The notes under the pieces are model-generated. The model saw only the letters and a list, made by a program, of their open reading frames with translations. It ran no database searches and was not told where the DNA came from. Shown piece after piece: positions 9,060 to 18,114 of a stretch of 64,000 bases of DNA. Within the stretch, counting starts at the first letter, position 1, and each line of letters opens with the position of its first letter. The stretch is from NCBI GenBank assembly GCA_965116475.1, contig OZ220691.1, forward strand, positions 352,001 through 416,000, in the 5' to 3' direction. This DNA comes from Gemmatimonadota bacterium (GTDB taxonomy: Bacteria > Gemmatimonadota > Gemmatimonadetes > Palauibacterales > Palauibacteraceae). A program made the position numbers and the translations under genes.

Positions 9060-10178
9060 ATGCCGATCGCCCGCCACGCCGGAATCCGTTCATCGGCCCA
9101 CGCGAGCCACGCGCGACCGGGCCGCCGGCTCTTCGCCGCCACCAGGGTCCTCGTCGCCGCGACGGCCCTGGCCGGTGCCGGACCCGTTTCGGCGCAGACG
9201 GAGCCGCCCGAGGAGCCTCCGGCCGACTGGGAGGCGACCGCGATCGACTACAGCAACGTTCCCTATCCGCACCCGGTGTCGTACCTCGATGTGGAGGTCT
9301 ACGGGAACGACTATCGACTCGCGTACATGGATGTCGCTCCGGCGGGCGCACCGAACGGCCGGACGGTCGTCCTCTTCCACGGGATGAACTTCTTCGCGGC
9401 GGGGTTCCGGCCCACGATCGAAGCGCTGCGGAACGAGGGATTCCGAGTGATCGCGATCGACCGGCTCGGCTTCGGCCGCTCCTCGAAGCCCATCATCCAT
9501 TACAACCTCCACATCCCCGCCCGGAACGCGAAGCGGCTGCTCGACGCGCTGGGGATCGAGCGCGCCGCGATCGTCGGACACTCGATGGGCGGGATGGTGG
9601 CGACCCGTTTCGCCTCGACGTATCCCGAGACCACGACCCACGTCGCCATGGTGAACCAGATCGGCCTCACCGACTCCCGTCCCGGCCGGGGGTGGACCGA
9701 CGCGGATGAAAATTATGCTTCGGTGCTCAACGGGACGACGTACCAGTCGGTCCTGCGCGGGCACATGCGGTACTACCCGAACGGCTGGCGCCCGGAGTAC
9801 CTCGAGTGGGTGAAGGTCCAGTACGGCCTCACGCTGAGCGGAGACTGGCCGCGCATGGCACGGGTGCGGGCGGCACAGCGCGCGATCCTGTACGAGGACC
9901 CGGTCGTCTACGAGTGGCAGCACATCGCGACGAAGGCGCTCGTCATCGGCGGCGCGGACGACCGCCTCGTGCCCGACTACCCGGCGCGCGCGCGCCATGT
10001 CGCCGAGGAACTGCAGAACGCGGAACTCTTCCTCTTCCCGGAGATCGGACATTCGCCGCAGTTCGAGATCCCGGAGCGCTTCCACGCGGAGTTGATCCGC
10101 TTCCTGCGCTCCGACCCGGACGAGCCCGCCGACCAGTTGTGGCGGGAAACGGACGTCGGCCGGCCGCCGGGTTCGTAG
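9060..10178 (+). CDS. Exported alpha/beta hydrolase
   Basis: AAGGAGG RBS; LFHG, D.LGFGRS, GHSMGG nucleophile elbow, C-terminal GHSP. Confidence 0.9.
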   Translation: MPIARHAGIRSSAHASHARPGRRLFAATRVLVAATALAGAGPVSAQTEPPEEPPADWEATAIDYSNVPYPHPVSYLDVEVYGNDYRLAYMDVAPAGAPNGRTVVLFHGMNFFAAGFRPTIEALRNEGFRVIAIDRLGFGRSSKPIIHYNLHIPARNAKRLLDALGIERAAIVGHSMGGMVATRFASTYPETTTHVAMVNQIGLTDSRPGRGWTDADENYASVLNGTTYQSVLRGHMRYYPNGWRPEYLEWVKVQYGLTLSGDWPRMARVRAAQRAILYEDPVVYEWQHIATKALVIGGADDRLVPDYPARARHVAEELQNAELFLFPEIGHSPQFEIPERFHAELIRFLRSDPDEPADQLWRETDVGRPPGS

Positions 10179-10213
10179 CGCAGGCGTCGGCGACGCGAAT
10201 AGGTTCCCCGGCC

Positions 10214-10768
10214 ATGAAGAACTCCAGGCTGCCGCTCTTCACGCTTCCGCTCCTCGCCCTCCCGATTGTCGCGGGCTGTACCGGTGAGGCGCCGGAGCGG
10301 CCGGTCCCCGTCGCGGACATGCAGGAACTGATGGTCTCGGTGCTCGAACCGGCGGCGGAGGCGTACTGGGACGGCGTGGGCGAGGTGCTCACCGAAGCGG
10401 GCGTGCACCAGTTCCGGCCCCTGACCGAGGAGGACTGGACCTCGCTTCGCAACGCCGCCTTCGTCCTCGCCGAATCCGGCAACCTGATGATGATGGACGG
10501 CCGCGCCCGCGACCGCGGCGATTGGATGGACCACTCGCGAACGATGGTCGAGGCGGGCCGCCTCGCGCTGGACGCCGTGGATCGCCGCAACCCGGACGCC
10601 GTGTTCGACGCCGGCGCGGAGGTCTACTACGCGTGCCGCGACTGCCACGCCCGGTACGCGGTGGAAACGCTCAGGCCGAGCGATCCCCACAGCGCTCCGG
10701 GACCTGAAGAAGCTCCGGATCCCGGCGCGCCCGCGACGGACGCGACGGACGGCGGCGAAGGGCGCTAG
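10214..10768 (+). CDS. Cytochrome c'-like lipoprotein
   Basis: Lipobox VAGC; helical body with near-C-terminal CRDCH, the class II cytochrome c arrangement. Confidence 0.72.
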   Translation: MKNSRLPLFTLPLLALPIVAGCTGEAPERPVPVADMQELMVSVLEPAAEAYWDGVGEVLTEAGVHQFRPLTEEDWTSLRNAAFVLAESGNLMMMDGRARDRGDWMDHSRTMVEAGRLALDAVDRRNPDAVFDAGAEVYYACRDCHARYAVETLRPSDPHSAPGPEEAPDPGAPATDATDGGEGR

Positions 10769-10780
10769 GCCTCCCGGCCC

Positions 10781-11335
10781 ATGGAACGATTCCTCGAGTG
10801 GCTGGGGAACACCCCCTGGAGCATCGCCCTGCTGGAGTCGACGCTCGCGTGGCCGCTCATCGAATCCTCCCACGTCCTGGCCGTGGCCCTCTTCTTCGGC
10901 ACCGTGATGATGAACGACCTCCGGCTGCTGGGCTGGACGATGCGGCGCGTGCCGGTGTCGGAGGTTACGGGCCGGCTCCTCCCCTGGACCCGGATCGGAT
11001 TCACGATCATGGTCGTCACGGGGCTTCTCATCTTCTACTCGAACCCGGTCCGCTACTACCACAACATCTTCTTTCGACTGAAGGTGATCCTGTTCGTGGT
11101 GGCGGGGCTCAACGCCTTCGTCTTTCACCGCGGGATCCACCGCCGCGTGCTGGAGTGGGAACGTCTGCCCGTGCTTCCGGGACGGGCGAGGGCGGCGGGC
11201 GCCATCTCCCTCGCGGCGTGGGCGCTCATCATCGTTGCGGGCCGTCTCATCGCCTACAACTGGTTCGACTGTGACATCCCGGGACAGCCGGACTGGGTGA
11301 ACTGGGCGGCGGGCTGTGCCGTGGCGGGGGACTGA
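10781..11335 (+). CDS. DUF6644-like membrane protein (copy 1)
   Basis: About 4 TM helices; WL..T..S...ES...WP.IE..H...DLRLLG and F.LK motifs. Confidence 0.75.
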   Translation: MERFLEWLGNTPWSIALLESTLAWPLIESSHVLAVALFFGTVMMNDLRLLGWTMRRVPVSEVTGRLLPWTRIGFTIMVVTGLLIFYSNPVRYYHNIFFRLKVILFVVAGLNAFVFHRGIHRRVLEWERLPVLPGRARAAGAISLAAWALIIVAGRLIAYNWFDCDIPGQPDWVNWAAGCAVAGD

Positions 11336-11835
11336 TGGGAGGGCGTCAGTTCGCGCCGGAAGCGTGGCTCCCCTTCTTCGAGCGATTGGAGAACACGGGC
11401 CTCGGGACGGCCGTGCGCGAATCGATCTGGGCCTTCCCCATCATCGAGGCGGTACATCTGCTGGGGCTCGGGCTCCTGGGCGGGGCGGTCCTGCTCGCCG
11501 ATCTCCGGCTCCTGGGGACGGGGCTCACGCGACAGCCGATCGCGAACGTGGTGCGGCACGCGCAGCCGTGGCTCGTGGCGGGCGTGGCGCTGATGTTCCT
11601 GACCGGGATCCCGCTGTTCCTGTCGGAAGCCGTGAAGTGCTACTACAACACGTCCTTCTGGGTGAAGATGATCTCGCTCCCCGTCGCACTCGGGTTCACC
11701 TTCGCGGCCCGGAAGTGGGTGGTGGCCGCGGCGCCGAGTCGGGCGAACTGGCGCACGCGGCTCATCGCCGCGATTTCGCTGGGGCTCTGGTTCACGGTCG
11801 CCGCGGCCGGACGCTGGATCGGCTTCTCCGCCTGA
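11335..11835 (+). CDS. DUF6644-like membrane protein (copy 2)
   Basis: Paralogue with RES.WAFPIIEAVH...DLRLLG and GRWIGF end; TGATG overlap with copy 1. Confidence 0.75.
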   Translation: MGGRQFAPEAWLPFFERLENTGLGTAVRESIWAFPIIEAVHLLGLGLLGGAVLLADLRLLGTGLTRQPIANVVRHAQPWLVAGVALMFLTGIPLFLSEAVKCYYNTSFWVKMISLPVALGFTFAARKWVVAAAPSRANWRTRLIAAISLGLWFTVAAAGRWIGFSA

Positions 11836-11857
11836 GCGCTTCTCAGCGCCTGTCCGG

Positions 11858-13519
11858 TCAGCGCCCGTCCGGACGCCTGTCCGGCGGCTCCACCCGCATC
11901 AGGATATCGGGGTAACCTGTGACCGCAGCGGCCGGAGCCGACGCGGCCATGTCAGCGGAGGGGAGCGCGTAGTCCTCGGCCACCGACATGTCCACGACCC
12001 AGCCGAAATCGGCGAGCGCCCCCAGCGTGATGGCCGAGACGGCGTTCAACTCCTCTCCCGGACAGTTGCCCCGGGTCATGATCTCGCCGCACATCACATT
12101 CCGCCAATGCCCGCCCGCGTCGGCATCTTCGGCCGGATCGTTCGTCAACGGCACCTTGGCGCCGGCGTAGCCGCGCCCGCCCGCCTCATCGAACGCCGCG
12201 ACGGCATTCGGGCCCGGAAAATGGGTATCCACGCGCCTCGCACTGCTCGGGAGGTTCACGAGCCGCACGTCGCCATAGTACCAGTAGGTCCCGATGCCGA
12301 ACACATGCCCCAGTTCGTGCAGCATGACCTCGTAGGTGAAGTTGTCCGGGACGCGGCCGAACGGCGCGGTGTATGGGCGGTCCCGGGTCCAGGAGATGGC
12401 GCCGGCGGGGAAGTAGAACCCGTTACTCCCGGGCCGGTTCACCAAGGGTCCGCGCGGCCCGCCGCACGCGACACCCGGGCACTCTTCGTTCCCGTCGAAC
12501 ACGAAGACCGTGAAATCCGCGGGGCTCGTATTGTCCTTCAGCGCGGCTTCGTAGAATCCCACCGCGTGATCGAACATTGTCCTGGCGCAGCGCGACCAGT
12601 CGTCCGGTTCGTCATACGCCAGCTCAACCCGAAAACCGGTGGAGGCGCGGTCGTAGAGGGGGCGGCGCTCCAGCTCCGGAGCATAGCAGTCATCGACGGC
12701 CGTGAGCATGCGCCCCGTGCTCAGCTCGAACGCGGACGAAAGTGCCCGGTAGTGCAGGTATCGCCGTCCCGGTCGGAGCGCCGTGATCTCCAGCTCGCCG
12801 CTGTCGTTCTGCCTGACGTCGAGGATGGGTGGACCGCTGACCGGGGCCTCGCCTACGTGGAACTGGTCGATCGGGAAGTCGCCCACGTAGAAGTCGTAGG
12901 AAATGTCGGCACCGGCGCGCGAGGCGAACCAGTCAAGCGGCGTGGACACGCTCTCCCCTGCGTGGTCCAGGGTGACGCCCTCGGGCAGCCTCCCTGGAGC
13001 CGTGGCGGTGTCCAGCGCGGTCGGGAGAATCACGACGAGGCTGTCGGCAACGTTCCCCAGCCTTGCGGTGACGGTGAGAATCTGCGCCTCGGCGGGCGTG
13101 CCCAGGTCGAAGATGGTCCAGAGCCGGGGGCTCTCCCGCTGGAGCCATATCTGCGTCAGGCTGTCACCGACCAGCGTGCGATACGTCACTTCCTGCGTGC
13201 CCGTCGTGAACCGCACTGCCGGTTCCGCGCCCGTGACGGGGCTCCCGTCTTCCTGTCGAGCGGTGACGCGGATGACGGGCGAGGTGAGGCCGGGACGGAT
13301 GATAAGGGTGTCCGTGCCCGCCCATTCGCTGAAGTTCAGATCGATGCCGCTCAGGAAGTCCAGCTCGATCTTTCGTGTCTCGATGACCACGCTGGCCGCG
13401 ATGGGCGCCGGCGGAGGCGCCGGCGGGGGAGACGGCGCCGGCTCGGGGTCCAGCGCGTCGCCCCCGCCACAGGCGGCAAGGAAGACAACCCATCCGCTGA
13501 GCCGACGTGGTCCTGTCAT
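11858..13519 (-). CDS. Lipoprotein with leishmanolysin (M8)-like zinc metalloprotease domain
   Basis: Lipobox LAAC; Pro-rich linker; HELGHVFGIG, distal GHWR, EIMT Met-turn, SAITLGALAD.G. Confidence 0.8.
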   Translation of the reverse strand: MTGPRRLSGWVVFLAACGGGDALDPEPAPSPPPAPPPAPIAASVVIETRKIELDFLSGIDLNFSEWAGTDTLIIRPGLTSPVIRVTARQEDGSPVTGAEPAVRFTTGTQEVTYRTLVGDSLTQIWLQRESPRLWTIFDLGTPAEAQILTVTARLGNVADSLVVILPTALDTATAPGRLPEGVTLDHAGESVSTPLDWFASRAGADISYDFYVGDFPIDQFHVGEAPVSGPPILDVRQNDSGELEITALRPGRRYLHYRALSSAFELSTGRMLTAVDDCYAPELERRPLYDRASTGFRVELAYDEPDDWSRCARTMFDHAVGFYEAALKDNTSPADFTVFVFDGNEECPGVACGGPRGPLVNRPGSNGFYFPAGAISWTRDRPYTAPFGRVPDNFTYEVMLHELGHVFGIGTYWYYGDVRLVNLPSSARRVDTHFPGPNAVAAFDEAGGRGYAGAKVPLTNDPAEDADAGGHWRNVMCGEIMTRGNCPGEELNAVSAITLGALADFGWVVDMSVAEDYALPSADMAASAPAAAVTGYPDILMRVEPPDRRPDGR

Positions 13520-13539
13520 GGCGCACCAGGTTCGTGCGG

Positions 13540-14058
13540 TTAGTCGTGCTCCTCAAGGATGCTGTGGCTCGTGACCTCCACCACCTCGCCGTCCCAGCCC
13601 GGGGGCGGCTGACAGGGGTTGGCGTCGTAGGCGGGATCGTTGGGCCGCGGCGCGCCGCCGGGCGGGGCGCCGGCCCCGGATGAACCCATGAAGAACTTGC
13701 TGCCGTCCGTGAAGGTCACGTCACGCCCGTTCGCTCGCTTGAGAGAGTGATCCTTGGCCTGATACCCGTCCACGATGAGCTCGGTTCCGGGCGCGAGGCA
13801 GTCCCGCTGGAGGCCGCGGCGCAGGAGGGTGTTCGGCGTCCCGCCCTCGACCATCCAGACCTCGGAGCCCGCATCGGTCTCTACCTCGAGGTGAATCCAC
13901 GTGTGCGGGTTCACCCATTCGAGCCGCACGACGGCGCCCCGGAGCCGGATGGGGGCGTTCCGGTCGAACTCCGCGCCGAAGGCGTGGTGCGCGATCAGCG
14001 GCGCGGCGGCGGCCAGCGCGACCCCGCCCGCCAGGAGGTACAGAGGCAGCTTCCTCAT
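13540..14058 (-). CDS. DUF6152-like exported protein
   Basis: Signal peptide ending LIA, then HHAFGAEFD; conserved W.NPH and W.VEG..PN.L.R.G. Confidence 0.8.
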   Translation of the reverse strand: MRKLPLYLLAGGVALAAAAPLIAHHAFGAEFDRNAPIRLRGAVVRLEWVNPHTWIHLEVETDAGSEVWMVEGGTPNTLLRRGLQRDCLAPGTELIVDGYQAKDHSLKRANGRDVTFTDGSKFFMGSSGAGAPPGGAPRPNDPAYDANPCQPPPGWDGEVVEVTSHSILEEHD

Positions 14059-14163
14059 CGATCTCACCCGTGTCCTTGACCAACAATCCGGCGCTACAGC
14101 GCCGACCGTTCCACGATTCATTCAGAGTAACAGGGTCGCTCGATTCTGCGCGACCGGACGCCG

Positions 14164-14502
14164 TTACGGGGCGAACATGCGCTGCAGCACGTTGAGAATC
14201 TCCGTCATGACGCCGGGAGATAAACAGCCGAGTCGCCGCAGCAGGCGGACGCGGTCGACGGTGCGCAACTGATCGGCTACGACGACGCCGTCTCTACCCC
14301 GGAACCGGCAAGCGACGCGGAAGGCACAGGGGCGACCGCCGGTGGTCATCGGCGCCACGAGATAGGTGCCGAGGGCCGGATTCAGGTCATCCGGAGAGAC
14401 GATGACGCAGGGGCGGGTCTTCCTGATTTCCGAGCCAAGGGTGGGATCCAGCGCAACCAGATATACGTCACCCCTTCGCGGTTCCGTCACTCCCATTCCC
14501 AT
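14164..14502 (-). CDS. mazF: PemK/MazF family toxin
   Basis: RGDVYLVALDPTLGSEIRKTRPCVIVS, APMT, DQLRTVD; start may be 14502, 14496 or 14490. Confidence 0.93.
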   Translation of the reverse strand: MGMGVTEPRRGDVYLVALDPTLGSEIRKTRPCVIVSPDDLNPALGTYLVAPMTTGGRPCAFRVACRFRGRDGVVVADQLRTVDRVRLLRRLGCLSPGVMTEILNVLQRMFAP

Positions 14503-14738
14503 TCGGAAGCATCGAAGGCCGTTGGCGACGGGTCATCCAGGAGTCCGCTCTCACCACGGTCCCGGAGTTCTCTCGCCGCTTCCGCCCAACCCTCCCTGGG
14601 GTTGTCCGCGCGTTCGATGAGCAGACCCGAGTCCACGACCCTCAGTCGCAGCGGCGTATCGAGCCCGGCCGCTTCGACCAGGGCTTTCGGGATCCGAATC
14701 CCGCGCGAGTTTCCGATCTGAATGAGCCGCGTCTCCAT
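14487..14738 (-). CDS. mazE: AbrB/MazE family antitoxin
   Basis: IGNSRGIRIPK swapped-hairpin motif; C-terminal EWEW; overlaps the toxin start. Confidence 0.92.
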   Translation of the reverse strand: METRLIQIGNSRGIRIPKALVEAAGLDTPLRLRVVDSGLLIERADNPREGWAEAARELRDRGESGLLDDPSPTAFDASEWEWE

Positions 14739-14754
14739 TTCACCGTATCTCCGC

Positions 14755-14803
14755 CATGTTACCGCTTGGTCAGTACATTACCGTAAATACAAAGTAATCA
14801 CAT
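14755..14803 (-). promoter_or_regulatory. AT-rich promoter/operator region of mazEF
   Basis: AT-rich island with an imperfect palindrome GTAAATAC-aaa-GTAATCAC (14783-14801) and repeated TTACCG. Confidence 0.55.
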
Positions 14804-14834
14804 CGGCGATGAGCGCCAAACTACACGCAACAGG

Positions 14835-15878
14835 CTAGCGCTCCTGGGCGCGGGCGCCGCTGAGGACGTTGGAGAGGGCGTAGTTGCCTTCGTGGCAGGC
14901 GTACTCGTAGAGCTGGCCGTCGAGCCGCGTGAAGGGCACTTCCCCGCCCCAGCGCTCGACGAACGTGTCCGGGTCCTCGACGGTGAACTCGTAGTGGATC
15001 GTGTGCTCGTCCGCGCGCGTGAAACGCTCCGTCACCGTCATCTTCTCCGAGCCGGGGCCGAACAGATAGACGTAGGCCGCCATCTGATCCGGGTTCAGGT
15101 TCGTCGTCCGCACCACGAGCGTATCGCCCGCCCAGCGGCCCCACGATTCGCCGAACCACGGACGCACGCCGTCGGCGGCCGGCTTCGGCTCGCCCATGCG
15201 GATGATGCGCACGTCGTGCACCATCTCGGTCAGCATCATGATGTGGTCGGGCGTTTGCACGATCGTGTAGTTGTTGTTGTAGAAATAGTTCGGCAGCATC
15301 GGCGGGCCGGCGTTGGAGCCGAAGGAGAGGATGCAGCGCTCGCCGACGGGGCGGTTCTCCGGGTTGTCGAACTCGCCCGCCAGCCGCCCGTAGGCCTCGA
15401 ATCGCCGCCGCCGGCCCTCGGGGGTGAGTTCGGGGATGCGGCCGTCTTCCGGGTACGTGACGAGCGAGCTTCGGGGCTCGCCGTCGAAGACCGCGACCCG
15501 GTCGCCCGCGTCGATCCAGAAGTAGTTGTAGCCGCCCACGCCGCCGGCCGCGCCCGTGGAGCCGTCCCCTCCGACCGGCGGAGCCTCGCGGTCCGGGTCG
15601 CTGGGCGCGTTCCGGCCGTCGATGTACTCCTGGCGCCGTCCCTCGCGGACCGCGACTTCCTCCGCCGTGAGCACCAGCGCCTCGCCCTCGGGGCGCTGCA
15701 GCGGCGTCATGGTCCCGTTCGTCCAGTCGCCCTGCAGATCGGGACGCCCGTCGGCGGTCCGCGGGACGACCCACCCGTCACCGTCTCCCCGCAGGGCGTC
15801 GCCACTGCCGTCGCAGGCGGCAAGCGAGCCGGCTCCGAGCAGCGCGCCGAGCAGCAGGACGCAGCGGGGCTTTGCCAC
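14835..15878 (-). CDS. Conserved hypothetical lipoprotein (PRTADGRPDLxGxW family)
   Basis: Lipobox LAAC; PRTADGRPDLQGDW, ERC, GES.GRW.GDTLVV, YEYACHEGNY. Confidence 0.8.
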   Translation of the reverse strand: MAKPRCVLLLGALLGAGSLAACDGSGDALRGDGDGWVVPRTADGRPDLQGDWTNGTMTPLQRPEGEALVLTAEEVAVREGRRQEYIDGRNAPSDPDREAPPVGGDGSTGAAGGVGGYNYFWIDAGDRVAVFDGEPRSSLVTYPEDGRIPELTPEGRRRRFEAYGRLAGEFDNPENRPVGERCILSFGSNAGPPMLPNYFYNNNYTIVQTPDHIMMLTEMVHDVRIIRMGEPKPAADGVRPWFGESWGRWAGDTLVVRTTNLNPDQMAAYVYLFGPGSEKMTVTERFTRADEHTIHYEFTVEDPDTFVERWGGEVPFTRLDGQLYEYACHEGNYALSNVLSGARAQER

Positions 15879-15889
15879 GGGCCGCCCGG

Positions 15890-16777
15890 CTACCGGATCG
15901 GGTTCTTGCGGAGGTGGCCGTACATCAACTCCTCCACGAAGGGGACGCACTTGAACTGCCCCAGCCGCGCGTCCGGATCCACGTTCCGGTAGAGCGGCAG
16001 GCGGATGGTCCACGGCTCGGAGAACGTCTCGGGGTCCTCCATCGTGGCCTCGTACATGAGGTGGTCGGGGCCGAGCATCGTCCACCGTTCCGTGACCGTG
16101 AGCCGGTAGCTATGGTGGTTCCCGGCGCGGTCGAACCAGGTCTGGCCGTTGAACCCGTTCACGGTGACGACGAAGGTGTCCTCCTCCCAGCGCCCCACCG
16201 ACTGCCCCATCCACGAATCCACCTGCGGGGGGCCGGGATCCTCGAGATAGATGTCGCGCACCGCCCCGGCGTACTCGTAGGCGATGAAGAACTTCGACTC
16301 GCTCTGGAAAATCTGGAACGGGAGATGCATGTAGTTCGCGCGCGGGACGCCGGGCAGGTAGCAGCGGATCTCGGGGTCGCGCTCGAGCCAGCGCTCGCGG
16401 TTCTCGTCGCGCCGCTCCAGGGCTTCCGGGAGGTAGGGGATGCTCCCGCCGACCACGATGCCCTGCCCCGACGGCACGGAGCCCACGGCGCCGAGCGCGA
16501 CGACCTCGTTGGCCGGGACGGGCACGACGGGGCCCTCCTGCATGGCGAGCGCCGGACGCGCCATGTGGGGTTCGACATCCCAGTACGCGTTTCCGAGCGC
16601 CGCCCAGATGCCGTTGAAGTCGGGACGCCCCGAAGCCGTTCGCGGGATGTCGTCGCCTGGCGCGCAGGCCGCGACCGTCCCCAGCCCCAGGATGAGAAGG
16701 GCAATCGGGACACGCCTCCCGCGACAGGGGTCTCGCTCCGCGCGACGCAGCTCGCGCCTCCTCGGGAAGTTCGCCAT
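15890..16777 (-). CDS. Conserved hypothetical lipoprotein, distant paralogue of the downstream gene
   Basis: Lipobox VAAC; PRTASGRPDFNGIW, DP..RCYLPGVPR, GQSVGRWEEDTFVV; start uncertain. Confidence 0.75.
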   Translation of the reverse strand: MANFPRRRELRRAERDPCRGRRVPIALLILGLGTVAACAPGDDIPRTASGRPDFNGIWAALGNAYWDVEPHMARPALAMQEGPVVPVPANEVVALGAVGSVPSGQGIVVGGSIPYLPEALERRDENRERWLERDPEIRCYLPGVPRANYMHLPFQIFQSESKFFIAYEYAGAVRDIYLEDPGPPQVDSWMGQSVGRWEEDTFVVTVNGFNGQTWFDRAGNHHSYRLTVTERWTMLGPDHLMYEATMEDPETFSEPWTIRLPLYRNVDPDARLGQFKCVPFVEELMYGHLRKNPIR

Positions 16778-16943
16778 CGGCACCGACCTCCGGTTTGACC
16801 GTTCCGTGCGCGTCGGATCGAAACTGCGACCCGGCCCATTCTCTGGCCAGATCGACGGTCCGAAGGCACATTTCAAGATTCGAGAGACGGGACGACGGAC
16901 GGCGGGGTACGGGTTGCGCAACACCGAACGACCGGGAGGAGAC

Positions 16944-18062
16944 ATGAAGAACGTGCGCATAACCGGGCTGGCACACCTCACCGCACTGGGGGCCGTCTTC
17001 CTCGGCATCGCGGCCTGCGGCCCGGAGGACGCCGCGGAAGACGAGATGATGGATCCGGCCGAGGTCACGGACCCGGCGGCGGCGGGTCTCCCGAACCCCA
17101 CGCCCAACGTCATCAAGGACTGGGCGCCCCTTCCGGACGGCCGCGAGTGGGGTTCCACGGCGGGCATCGACATCGACCCCATCGACGGCCACATCTGGGC
17201 CTACGACCGCTGCGGCGGGATCGCGCTCGCCGGTGGGTGCGCGGAGAACCTCGTCGACCCCGTGTTCAAGTTCCATCGCGAGACGGGCGAGGTCATGGCC
17301 AGCTTCGGGGCCGGCCTCTTTGTTCTTCCGCACGGCATCCACGTGGACAGCGACGGCAACGTGTGGATCACCGACTCCATGGGCACGCTCGACAAGGGGC
17401 ACACGGTGGTGAAGTTCTCGCCCGAGGGGGAGGTGCTGATGACGCTCGGCGTGCCGGGCCGGGTGGGCACCGAACCGGGCTACTTCAACGGGCCGTGCGA
17501 CGTGATCACCGCCCCCGACGGCTCCATCTTCGTTTCGGACGGTCACAGCGGGCAGAACGCGAACCCGCCGGAAGGCTCCACCGGCCGCATCATCAAGTTC
17601 TCGCCCGAGGGCGATTACATCATGGAGTGGGGCGTGATCGGAGATGGACCGGGCGAATTCCGGACGCCGCACGCGCTGGAGTTCGATTCGCAGGGGCGGC
17701 TGTTCGTCGCGGATCGCGGCAACCACCGCATCCAGATCTTCGACCAGGAAGGGAACCTGCTCGATACCCATTACCAGTACGGCCGGGTGAGCGGACTGTT
17801 CATCGACGACGAGGACAACGTGTACGCGATCGACTCGGAGTCGAACCCCAACACGCACTCCGACTGGCTGACCGGTGTCCGCATCGGGCACGCCTCGGAG
17901 GACGTCGTCACGGCATTCATCCCGCCGCACGAATCCGACGACCCGCAGGGCGAGGCGGGCGAGGGCGTGGCGGTCGACGCCGACGGCAACGTCTACGCCG
18001 CCGAGGGACCGAACTCTCGGGCCGCCGCGGAAGGCGGAATCACGAAGTACACGCGCAACTGA
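16944..18062 (+). CDS. NHL-repeat lipoprotein, peptidyl-alpha-hydroxyglycine alpha-amidating lyase (PAL)-like
   Basis: GGAGG RBS; lipobox IAAC; PHGIHVD, PHAL, ADRGNHRIQIF NHL repeats. Confidence 0.8.
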   Translation: MKNVRITGLAHLTALGAVFLGIAACGPEDAAEDEMMDPAEVTDPAAAGLPNPTPNVIKDWAPLPDGREWGSTAGIDIDPIDGHIWAYDRCGGIALAGGCAENLVDPVFKFHRETGEVMASFGAGLFVLPHGIHVDSDGNVWITDSMGTLDKGHTVVKFSPEGEVLMTLGVPGRVGTEPGYFNGPCDVITAPDGSIFVSDGHSGQNANPPEGSTGRIIKFSPEGDYIMEWGVIGDGPGEFRTPHALEFDSQGRLFVADRGNHRIQIFDQEGNLLDTHYQYGRVSGLFIDDEDNVYAIDSESNPNTHSDWLTGVRIGHASEDVVTAFIPPHESDDPQGEAGEGVAVDADGNVYAAEGPNSRAAAEGGITKYTRN

Positions 18063-18114
18063 GGCGCGAATTGATGCACCACGGACGCAGGGCTGCTGCA
18101 GGAGAGAAGACACC

